This document shows positions 1 through 7,512 of a stretch of 32,000 nt of DNA, piece after piece; within the stretch, counting starts at the first letter, position 1, and every line of letters starts with the position of its first letter. The stretch is taken from assembly GCF_000186885.1 (NCBI RefSeq), contig NC_014972.1, forward strand, positions 1,800,001-1,832,000, in the 5' to 3' direction. This stretch comes from Desulfobulbus propionicus DSM 2032. Its GTDB lineage: Bacteria; Desulfobacterota; Desulfobulbia; Desulfobulbales; Desulfobulbaceae. The notes under the pieces are model-generated. The model was not told where the DNA came from. It searched no databases and worked only from the letters and a program-made list of their open reading frames with translations. A program made the translations under genes and the position numbers.

Positions 1-147
1 ATCATCAATATCAAGGGCTTGGTGGCGGAGATCGAAACACTGCTGGGCGGGGAGATGGTCTGCGCGGACTGGTCGTTGGGGCATACCATCCAGAAGGGAC
101 GGTCGCTGCACTGCATCCCGCTGACCATCAAGCTGCGCGAAGGGTAA
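1..147 (+). CDS. C-terminal fragment of a hypothetical protein (truncated by window start)
   Basis: Frame +1 open from base 1: IINIKGLVAEIETLLGGEMVCADWSLGHTIQKGRSLHCIPLTIKLREG then TAA at 145-147. Confidence 0.55.
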   Translation: MINIKGLVAEIETLLGGEMVCADWSLGHTIQKGRSLHCIPLTIKLREG

Positions 148-197
148 AGGCCTGATCGTTTCTTCGGCGGAGTCGCGACGGCCGATAACGGGGCTGT

Positions 198-1196
198 TTA
201 GTTGACCGCGACCTGGGCGCGACCGTTGGCCTTGGCCTGGTAGAGGATGTCGTCGGCCCGTTCCAGCCAGGCATCGAGCTGCATGCCGCTTTTCCATTCG
301 GACAGGCCGATGCTGACCGCCAGGCGCCCGGCCTGGGTGACGATGTTGAGTTCTTCCACGGCCTGGCACAACCGTTCGGCCAGGAAACGGGCATCCTCCA
401 TGGCGGTATCGGGAAGGACGAGCAGGAATTCGTCGCCGCCCATGCGCACCAGCAGGTCGGAGAGCCGGATCTGACGCTGCAGCACCTCGGCCACCTGTTT
501 GAGGACCTGATCGCCCATCAGATGCCCCATGGTGTCGTTGACCGCCTTGAAGTGGTCCAGATCCAGGGCCGCCAGAGTCAACGGCCGGCCATGGCGGTTG
601 GCCTGCTCGACGATTGCCCCGATCCGCTCCTCGAAGACAAAACGGTTGGGCAGACCGGTGAGGCTGTCCTTGCGGGCCTGGGCAAAGATCTCTTCATACT
701 CGATCGCCCGTTTGAGCGGATCGGCGAGAATCATCAGTGATTCGTCGATGAACTGCAATTCGTCCTCGGTCAGCGGCTTGCCCTTGCGCAGCATCACCAG
801 CAGCCCGTAGCAGTCGGTGGAGTTGAAGGCCCATTTATGCACATGAAAGCCATCGGCCCGCACCATGGGCGGTTGAGCGTCCTGCTCCAAAACTTCCTGG
901 GCCAATTGAATGGCCTGCCGCCGCTGCGGCCCATGATAGGAACAAAACATGTGCATCCGCTTCCGGCCGGGGTTGTGGTAGCCGATCAGTTCATGTCCGA
1001 CAAACTCCATCAACCAGATCGAGTAGGCCTCGATCATGGCCGGCAGATCGAGAATGCCCGCCATCCGTTGATACAGCGTATTGATCTTGCGCAATTTTTC
1101 CGATTGCTGCCGATAATGGCTCAGCTCGGACAACAGATTTTCCATGGTGGCGGCAATTTGAACATCGACCTGCTCATCAAGGGATTTCAATTCCAT
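198..1196 (-). CDS. GGDEF-domain diguanylate cyclase
   Basis: Canonical VRMGGDEFLLVLPD with an upstream RxxD I-site (RLSD, 5 residues before GGDEF) and DSLTGLPNR / LDLDHFKAVND motifs. ATG at 1196 (MELKSLDEQ); in-frame GTG slightly upstream. Confidence 0.92.
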   Translation of the reverse strand: MELKSLDEQVDVQIAATMENLLSELSHYRQQSEKLRKINTLYQRMAGILDLPAMIEAYSIWLMEFVGHELIGYHNPGRKRMHMFCSYHGPQRRQAIQLAQEVLEQDAQPPMVRADGFHVHKWAFNSTDCYGLLVMLRKGKPLTEDELQFIDESLMILADPLKRAIEYEEIFAQARKDSLTGLPNRFVFEERIGAIVEQANRHGRPLTLAALDLDHFKAVNDTMGHLMGDQVLKQVAEVLQRQIRLSDLLVRMGGDEFLLVLPDTAMEDARFLAERLCQAVEELNIVTQAGRLAVSIGLSEWKSGMQLDAWLERADDILYQAKANGRAQVAVN

Positions 1197-1455
1197 GGCA
1201 TTCACTGAGGGGTGATAATTCCGTCGGGTGTGGAGCGATTCCGGTTGCCTCGACGCGCAGCCCAAGGCCTGCGGGGAGAACCATATGGAAAGAGTTAAGC
1301 GAATTGCATGCCTGTTTTGCTGAAATGTATTTTTTGTATGTAACATTAAAAGATTACCCACAGATAACGAATTCGGCGATCCTCTGCAAGCTGTTCATCG
1401 GGCGATTAGTCAGAATTTCGACAGTTGAGGTGAGGCGAGGGAAAAGGAGGGAACG

Positions 1456-2520
1456 GTGCCAGGAAAAATGACGATCGGCCAGATGTTCGTGGTCGGCTTT
1501 CGCGGCTGTGACATCGGCGCCAATGCTTGGCTTGTCGAGGCCATTGCCCGCGACGGCCTGGGCGGGGTAATCCTCTTTGACCGCAATGTCGACCGTTCGG
1601 TGCAGAACATCGAGTCGCCCGAACAGTTGCGGCGGTTGACCGCCGGCTTGCAACAGCAAGCCCGCACGCCGTTGTTCATCGCCGTTGATCAGGAAGGGGG
1701 CCGGGTTTGCCGGTTGAAGGAGCGGGACGGTTTTTTGCCCTCGCATTCCGCCGCCGAGCTGGCTGCGCTGGGTATCGAGGCCACCGCCCATCATGCCGAT
1801 ATTCTGGCGGAGGAACTGGCGGCCTGCGGCATCAACCTCAATTTCGCGCCGGTGGTCGATCTCGATCTCAATCCGGACAATCCGATCATCGGCCGTTACC
1901 AGCGGAGTTTCGGCGCCGATCCGGCCACGGTGGCCAGCCATGCCCGCGTCTTCGTCGAGGCCCATCACCGCCACGGTGTCGGCTGCTGTCTCAAGCATTT
2001 TCCCGGCCACGGCAGCGCCGGCAACGATTCCCACCTCGGTTTTGTCGACATCAGCGCCTGCTGGCGGACAGTGGAGCTGGACCCCTACCGGCAGCTGCTG
2101 GCCGCCGGCTATGGTGACGGGATCATGACAGCCCATCTGGTCAACCGTCGCCTCGACTCCTCCGGCTTGCCGGCCACCCTGTCCGCGTCGGTGATCGACG
2201 AGCTGTTGCGCCGCGAACTCGGCTTTGACGGAGTGGTGTTCAGCGACGATCTGCAGATGCGGGCGATCAGCAACGGCTGGAGCACGGCGGAGGCGGTACA
2301 GCGGGCGGTGCTCGCCGGGGTCGACGTGCTGGTGATCGGCAATAATCTCACCCCCCGGGACGACGCGTTCCGGGCGGGCGTCGACGCCATCGAGCAGTTG
2401 CTTGACAGCGGCCGGATCGATGGGCAACGTATCGAGCGGTCCCTGGCGCGTATCGCCCGATTCAAGGAACAACTCACAGGAAAACAACCATGGAACTCGA
2501 CCGTCCCACCCACAGCCTGA
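1456..2520 (+). CDS. nagZ: Beta-N-acetylhexosaminidase, glycoside hydrolase family 3 (NagZ-like)
   Basis: GH3/NagZ motifs: FIAVDQEGGRVCRL, CCLKHFPGHGSAGNDSH, GFDGVVFSDDLQMRAI, AGVDVLVIGNN. Confidence 0.9.
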   Translation: MPGKMTIGQMFVVGFRGCDIGANAWLVEAIARDGLGGVILFDRNVDRSVQNIESPEQLRRLTAGLQQQARTPLFIAVDQEGGRVCRLKERDGFLPSHSAAELAALGIEATAHHADILAEELAACGINLNFAPVVDLDLNPDNPIIGRYQRSFGADPATVASHARVFVEAHHRHGVGCCLKHFPGHGSAGNDSHLGFVDISACWRTVELDPYRQLLAAGYGDGIMTAHLVNRRLDSSGLPATLSASVIDELLRRELGFDGVVFSDDLQMRAISNGWSTAEAVQRAVLAGVDVLVIGNNLTPRDDAFRAGVDAIEQLLDSGRIDGQRIERSLARIARFKEQLTGKQPWNSTVPPTA

Positions 2521-2915
2521 TGATCGGCTACATCGCCTGGTTGTTCGGCTTCATCGGCGCCCATCGCTTCTACTACGGCAAGCCGATCTCCGGCACGATC
2601 TACTTTTTCACCCTCGGCATCTTTTTCATCGGCTGGATCGTCGACCTCTTTCTCATTCCCAGCATGGACCGCGAGGCGGAAATCCGCTACATCCCCGGGC
2701 CGATCGACTACAATGTCGCCTGGTTGCTGCTGGTTTTTCTTGGCATGTTCGGCGTTCACCGCCTCTACATGGGCAAGGTCTGGACCGGTATTCTCTACAT
2801 GCTGACCTTTGGTTTGTGCGGCCTAGGGTATATCTACGACATGTGGACCCTGAATGACCAGCTCACCCTGATCAACGGCCAATCCGGCGGCAATCGGACC
2901 CTACGCAGCGCCTGA
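2490..2915 (+). CDS. TM2-domain membrane protein
   Basis: Two TM2-like units (AWLFGFIGAHRFYYGKPISG..., LLVFLGMFGVHRLYMGKVWTG...), hydrophobic. AGGA-type SD before ATG at 2490; overlaps the nagZ end by 31 nt. Confidence 0.85.
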   Translation: MELDRPTHSLMIGYIAWLFGFIGAHRFYYGKPISGTIYFFTLGIFFIGWIVDLFLIPSMDREAEIRYIPGPIDYNVAWLLLVFLGMFGVHRLYMGKVWTGILYMLTFGLCGLGYIYDMWTLNDQLTLINGQSGGNRTLRSA

Positions 2916-2923
2916 CGGCTCGC

Positions 2924-3682
2924 TCAGGCGGCCGGCCGGGTGAAAACCAGCTGTCGGTTCGTTGACAGGTCCGGGCGAAACCCATACCCGCCGCCGGTGA
3001 AGGCGGTGATCCCCTCCGGTCGGTCGATCCGCTGACGGATAAGGAAGGCAGCCATCATCCCCCGTGCCCGTTTAGCGTGAACAGCCATGATTTTCAGTTT
3101 GCCCGCCCCTTCCTCCTTGAACTGGATGTCAATCCAGGGCGCGCGCAGCCGGTTCTTGTCCACGGCCTTGGCGTATTCGTGCGAAGCCAGGTTGATCAGC
3201 AGGGGATGTGGTTCACGCGCCAACTGCCGGTTCAGTTCATCGGTGATCCGTTTTCTCCAGAACGCGTACAGATGCTTGCCGTGCTCGTTGCGCACGGCGT
3301 AGCCCATCTCCAGACGATGGGGCTGAATCAGGTCCAGGGGCCGGAGGAGTCCGTACAGGCCGGAAAGGATGCGCAGCCGCTGTTGGGCTGCGTGCAGATC
3401 ATCGGCGGAGAACTCCGCTGCTCCCAGACTGCGATAGGCCTCGCCGTCGTAGGCCAGCAGGGCCGGTTTGCCGCCGTCTGCCGCAAACCCATGGAACTGG
3501 GCCATGGTCCGTTCGGCCAGGGACTGACTGACATCCATCAGTGCGCGCAGGCTAACCAGATCGTACTGGCGCAGCAGGGTGACCAGCTCTTCCGCCTGCG
3601 CCCAAAAGATCGGCCGGGTCGAAGGCAGGGGGCAAGGGGCGGGGCTGAAATCCTGTCCCTTGGAGGAATTGATGATGATCAT
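2924..3682 (-). CDS. yaaA: Peroxide stress protein YaaA (DUF328/UPF0246 family)
   Basis: YaaA-like sequence: IINSSKGQDF, RPLDLIQPHRLEMG, LINLASHEYAKAV, KRARGMMAAFLI. Confidence 0.88.
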   Translation of the reverse strand: MIIINSSKGQDFSPAPCPLPSTRPIFWAQAEELVTLLRQYDLVSLRALMDVSQSLAERTMAQFHGFAADGGKPALLAYDGEAYRSLGAAEFSADDLHAAQQRLRILSGLYGLLRPLDLIQPHRLEMGYAVRNEHGKHLYAFWRKRITDELNRQLAREPHPLLINLASHEYAKAVDKNRLRAPWIDIQFKEEGAGKLKIMAVHAKRARGMMAAFLIRQRIDRPEGITAFTGGGYGFRPDLSTNRQLVFTRPAA

Positions 3683-3700
3683 GGCGACACTCCGATTGAT

Positions 3701-4615
3701 TCAGGGGCAGCACAACACCTGATTGCCGCCGGCCGCCTTGGCTTGCATCAGGCAGCGGCTGGCAATCAGCAGCAGGTCGTCCGGAGAGGCGTTGCGCTCG
3801 GCGATCTCCGGGGTGAATCCGGCCACCCCGAAACTGGCGGTGCAGCTGACCAGATGGCCGTTCGCCGCACAGTTGAGACCAGCGAACCGTTCGCGCAGCC
3901 GGCTGGCCACCAGGGCGCCGCCACGGATGGGCGTTTCCGGGAGGACCAGCAGGAATTCGTCCTCGCCCCAACGGGTGATGGTGTCGATATCCCGACGAAT
4001 GGATTCCATGGCCATGCGGGCGAATCCGGCCAGGATCTGATCGCCGACGCGGTGGCCCAAGGACTCGTTGACCCCCTTGAGGCCGTCGATGTCGCAGAGG
4101 ATGACCGCAAGCGGGTGGGTGTAGCGCAACGACCGGCGCAGCTCCTTCTTGAGCAGTTCCTCCAGGTGCGGCCTGCTCAGGCAGCCGGTGAGCGGATCGA
4201 TCACGGTCATCAGGTCGATTCGCTCCCACAATTCCTGTTCCTGCAGGACCAGGCCAAACTGGCGGGCGGTGTCGAGGAGGATGGTGGCCAGGATCTCACC
4301 GGAGGTCGATTCCGGCACCACCCGGAACAGGGAGCGGCTGTTGGCCAGGTGCAGGGCGGCGGGCAGATGATCGTCGGGGACCAGCAGCAAGGGGATGGCC
4401 TGGGTGAGGGTGACCGCCTGGTTGAGAAAATCAAGCAGGCCCATGTCGGGCAGTTCACAAGCCACCAGCATCCCGCACCATTGATCCTCCAGGGCCAATT
4501 GGACCAGCCCCGTCCGGCCGTCGGCGACGGTGATAAACTCGAATTTTCCCGTGAAGTCAGCGGGAAGCTGGGCAATATTCAAACGATGGTTGATAATCAG
4601 GATGCGGTGCGACAT
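3701..4615 (-). CDS. Response-regulator-like N-terminus fused to a GGDEF domain (variant GEDEF)
   Basis: IDPLTGCLSR, ILCDIDGLKGVNESLGHRVGD, RDID (I-site RxxD) and TRWGEDEFLLVLPE. The N-terminal ~120 aa are receiver-like but lack the usual acidic residues. Confidence 0.82.
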   Translation of the reverse strand: MSHRILIINHRLNIAQLPADFTGKFEFITVADGRTGLVQLALEDQWCGMLVACELPDMGLLDFLNQAVTLTQAIPLLLVPDDHLPAALHLANSRSLFRVVPESTSGEILATILLDTARQFGLVLQEQELWERIDLMTVIDPLTGCLSRPHLEELLKKELRRSLRYTHPLAVILCDIDGLKGVNESLGHRVGDQILAGFARMAMESIRRDIDTITRWGEDEFLLVLPETPIRGGALVASRLRERFAGLNCAANGHLVSCTASFGVAGFTPEIAERNASPDDLLLIASRCLMQAKAAGGNQVLCCP

Positions 4616-4695
4616 GAAAGACTCCGGAAAACAAGAGGTTGCTTGGCTCGCGCATCATACCATCGGCGACCGCAAATGCGGAGCGGTATTTTCTG

Positions 4696-4724
4696 TTGGC
4701 AAGCAGGGGCCGACGCGCTATACA
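4696..4724 (+). promoter_or_regulatory. Predicted sigma70-type promoter of the DUF493-like gene
   Basis: TTGGCA (4696-4701), 17-bp spacer, TATACA (4719-4724), 22 bp upstream of the ATG at 4747. Confidence 0.5.
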
Positions 4725-4746
4725 GCCCCGGACAAGGAGTGAGAGC

Positions 4747-5010
4747 ATGCAAAACGTCAGTGGCTGCAAGCCGGACATCCAATATCCCTGCCGGTGGCAG
4801 TACCGGTTGATTGGCGAGGACCGGGCTGCCATCATGGCGGCCATCCATGCCTCGGTGGACGTGACAACCTGCGTCATCGCCGAGGGCAACGTCAGTTCCG
4901 GCGGTCGCTATCTCAGTATCAATCTGGAAATCACGGTCGGCGACGAGGCCGAACGGCTGCGGTTGTATCAGTGTTTTGCCGGGCATCCGGCCATACGGGT
5001 AGTGTTATGA
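4747..5010 (+). CDS. DUF493 (YbeD-like) family small protein
   Basis: 87 aa: QYPCRWQYRLIGEDRAAIMAAIHASV...SSGGRYLSINLEITVGDEAERLRLYQCFAGHPAIRVVL, typical of the family (small ferredoxin-like fold). Confidence 0.7.
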   Translation: MQNVSGCKPDIQYPCRWQYRLIGEDRAAIMAAIHASVDVTTCVIAEGNVSSGGRYLSINLEITVGDEAERLRLYQCFAGHPAIRVVL

Positions 5011-5525
5011 ATCAGGACGCAACAGGCGAACAACCATTGGTCGACAACAAGGTGATCCCGGTGATGCGGGAGGCGATCTTTACCGTGCAGATGCTCCTGT
5101 TCAAGGTGCTGCGCCAAAGCGTTCATGACCGCTACGTCGATCAGGCCGAACCATTCCCTGTCCACCTAGCCGGGGCGGTGGTCAACAACCTGTTCGGCAC
5201 CCAGCCGACAGACCAGGCGGTGGCGGCCTTTGCCGGCGTCAACCGGGAACTGGTCGAACGGGAGTTGCGCGAGCTCTCCAGCCACTGCCAGGAATTGCTC
5301 CCCGTGCTCACCGACGGCCTGCGGATGAAAACCATCTGCGACAACCAGGAGGGCATCCACTCCATTCCCTCGCTGCTCATGGCCAAGGCCCTAGGCATCC
5401 TTCAGGAGGAGCGCGACCTGCCGCTGCCCTCCACCTTCATGCTTCAGGTGCGGGCACTGGCCTCGGCCCATGGGCTCATCGAGCCGATGGAGACGACCCC
5501 GCCGCCCGAAGAATCACCAGCGTAG
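5007..5525 (+). CDS. Conserved hypothetical protein, translationally coupled to the upstream gene
   Basis: ATGA 4-bp overlap with the preceding stop; 172 aa ORF with normal composition. Confidence 0.65.
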   Translation: MNQDATGEQPLVDNKVIPVMREAIFTVQMLLFKVLRQSVHDRYVDQAEPFPVHLAGAVVNNLFGTQPTDQAVAAFAGVNRELVERELRELSSHCQELLPVLTDGLRMKTICDNQEGIHSIPSLLMAKALGILQEERDLPLPSTFMLQVRALASAHGLIEPMETTPPPEESPA

Positions 5526-5775
5526 CCCCCCAACCGCCGCTGGTCTCGTCGCCCAGACGATACCCGGCCACCATCTCCATCCGATCGAGCAGGGCGTGCA
5601 CCGTGCGCCGCAGGGTGCCGCTGCCCTTGCCGTGGATGATCCGCACCTGCAGGATGCCGTTTTCCCGGCATTCCTGCAGATAGTCAGGAATCAGGGTCTT
5701 GATCTCCGAGGGCCGGAAGGCGTGCAGATCGAGGGTGCCGTCAATGGGCACTTCGATAGGTGGGTCATCGTGCAT
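5476..5775 (-). CDS. Smr-domain protein (MutS2 C-terminal-like)
   Basis: LDLHAFRPSEI...RIIHGKGSGTLRRTVHALLDR matches Smr LDLHG / HGKGxGxLR motifs. Confidence 0.85.
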   Translation of the reverse strand: MHDDPPIEVPIDGTLDLHAFRPSEIKTLIPDYLQECRENGILQVRIIHGKGSGTLRRTVHALLDRMEMVAGYRLGDETSGGWGATLVILRAAGSSPSAR

Positions 5776-6052
5776 ATCTTATTGTTTTACTCTTTTTTTA
5801 AAGATAGACGGGGCCGAGGTGCTTGCTGCGCGTGGAACATGGAGCGCAAAGCGCGCAGGAGTCCACCTTCGATCCCTCTTGCTTGCTGGGCAATTGTTTC
5901 AGACGATTCTGCCGGCTGACCGGCGCGCGGACCCTTGCCGCCCGTGCATCCCGGCAGGGACGTGGCGACCTTCCTTAAGGAGAGAAAAATAATAGTTGAT
6001 TTTTTCCAAGAGGTTACTGTACACCTGCTGTCTTAGTAATAAACAGGTAAAG

Positions 6053-6193
6053 CACCGGCTCTACCAGTGGGCTCCCAAAGTTTGACGGGGAGAATTCCCA
6101 TGTATGACGAACAGGGCCTAAGCCACACCAAGAAGGATTGCGAGTATCGTGTCGTATGGATACCAAAGTTTCGCAAGAATGCGATCTTCAATG
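6053..6193 (+). mobile_element. IS200/IS605-family 5' remnant: left-end-like hairpin plus N-terminus of a Y1 transposase (TnpA), truncated
   Basis: ATG at 6100 reads MYDEQGLSHTKKDCEYRVVWIPKFRKNAIFND, closely resembling IS200-type TnpA N-termini (LxHTxxxCxYHxVFxPKYR); similarity then stops. Upstream imperfect hairpin CACCGG-CTCTA-CCAGTG at 6053-6069. Confidence 0.72.
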
Positions 6194-6211
6194 ACTTTAG
6201 TTTTCATAAAC

Positions 6212-7006
6212 ATGGAGATAGAGACAATTGTGAATGATAAAATGGTCGTTATATATCAAATGGGAAAAGTAGCTTCATCAACTATCAAAGCAACGTTAGC
6301 TCAGATAAAAGGATTGAATGTTATTCATACTCATCATCTTAGCTCAAATTATACAAGAAATCTGAATAGCATAAAGAGAAAAATGGGTTGGAAAACAACT
6401 ATCTCACCAGAAAGCATTGACGATCTTTACAATAAAATTATTCATGAAAATGAAATTTATATTATATCTCTGGTGAGAGAGCCAATTGGAAGAAATATTT
6501 CAGCTTATTTCCAAAATTTAGATCTAATATTTAAGCAGGATGATGCATATAAAAATATTCCATTCGATCAAGTTTTAGAAGGTTTTTTTACAAAATACCC
6601 ACATTCGATACCAATAACATGGTTTGATAATGAGTTTAATGAAGTGTTAGGGTTTGATATTTATAATCATGATTTTCCGAAGGATGAAGGGGCTGTTATT
6701 ATAAATAATAAAAAATATCATATACTTGTTATGCGTCATGATATTGATGATGAAAAAAAACAAAAATATTTGCAAAAACTATTAAATATTAAAAATATTA
6801 AGATCGTTCGAAAGAATGAGGCTTCTAGTAAATCATATTTTGAAATTTATGCAAAATTTATTGATAAAATTTCATTTTCTGATGATTATATAAATAATAT
6901 GCTTGAATCTAAGTATACAAAGCATTTTTTTAGTATTGATGATATTGAATATTTAAAAAGTAAGTGGATTAAAAATTGTGACATTTCTGCGCAATCACAA
7001 ATCTAA
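6212..7006 (+). CDS. AT-rich gene: putative capsular polysaccharide synthesis / sulfotransferase-like protein
   Basis: MVVIYQMGKVASSTIKATL (P-loop-like 5'-PSB region) and IISLVREPIGRNISAYFQNL (3'-PB-like) resemble PAPS-dependent sulfotransferases / 'putative capsular polysaccharide synthesis' proteins. The track ORF begins at GTG 6149 but overlaps the tnpA remnant out of frame; the real start is approximate (about 6210-6245). Confidence 0.7.
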   Translation: MEIETIVNDKMVVIYQMGKVASSTIKATLAQIKGLNVIHTHHLSSNYTRNLNSIKRKMGWKTTISPESIDDLYNKIIHENEIYIISLVREPIGRNISAYFQNLDLIFKQDDAYKNIPFDQVLEGFFTKYPHSIPITWFDNEFNEVLGFDIYNHDFPKDEGAVIINNKKYHILVMRHDIDDEKKQKYLQKLLNIKNIKIVRKNEASSKSYFEIYAKFIDKISFSDDYINNMLESKYTKHFFSIDDIEYLKSKWIKNCDISAQSQI

Positions 7007-7085
7007 CAAAGTAAATCATCCGACGTGTTCCAGTCGATTCGTTCCTTATGGCTCGGCTGGTTTACGATATTGGTTTGTCTGAACC

Positions 7086-7456
7086 ATGTCACTAACTCAT
7101 CGTCCTGTCGCCGAGAGCGACATTGAGTGCATTTGCGGCTTTCCGCAAAGTGAGGATGAGCTGTTTTTCTTGTTTCCAGGGGCAACTTCTCGCTGACTGG
7201 ATCGCAGTTGCGCAACGCCATTGCCCAGCGTTCGGCTGCAACGGTGGTCGCGCGCTCATCGAGCGGATGAGTGACGTGGCTTTCTCCAAATACCAGGCCG
7301 CCGAGGTAACAATCTCGTGCTTCAATCAAAACGTTGCCGGCCTGCTGCTGTACGCAAAACTGGGCTTTCGACCTTATGCCGTCGAGTAGCAGAACGACAA
7401 CAAAGGGGAACCGGGTCGCGCTTCTTCACATGCGGTTGCCTGGCAATGCAGCCTGA
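7086..7456 (+). pseudogene. Degenerate GNAT-family N-acetyltransferase
   Basis: Pieces in different frames: MSLTHRPVAESDIECICGFPQSEDELFFLFPGATSR / LTGSQLRNAIAQRSAATVV / GGRALIERMSDVAFSKYQAAEVTISCFNQNVAGLLLYAKLGFRPYAVE / NRVALLHMRLPGNAA*. Order matches a GNAT, but it is broken by frameshifts and missing the acetyl-CoA-binding middle. Confidence 0.75.
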
Positions 7457-7512
7457 CGTGCGACCAAGAGCAATATTCCGCAAGCGCAGCGGCCTGGCCG
7501 ACGAGTCTGCGG

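Noticed and set aside
3077-4810. 577-aa ORF on the plus strand
   Set aside because: Antisense shadow of yaaA and the GGDEF gene in GC-rich DNA; composition and motifs are those of reverse-strand codons, and there is no recognisable domain.
5699-5992. 97-aa plus-strand ORF between the Smr gene and the IS remnant
   Set aside because: Partly antisense to the Smr gene, no motif, no start context; treated as intergenic.
7010-7085. Possible IS200/IS605 right end downstream of the AT-rich gene
   Set aside because: Only a weak 4-bp stem (CGAC...GTCG) could be seen; no match to the left-end hairpin, so an intact transposable unit cannot be claimed.
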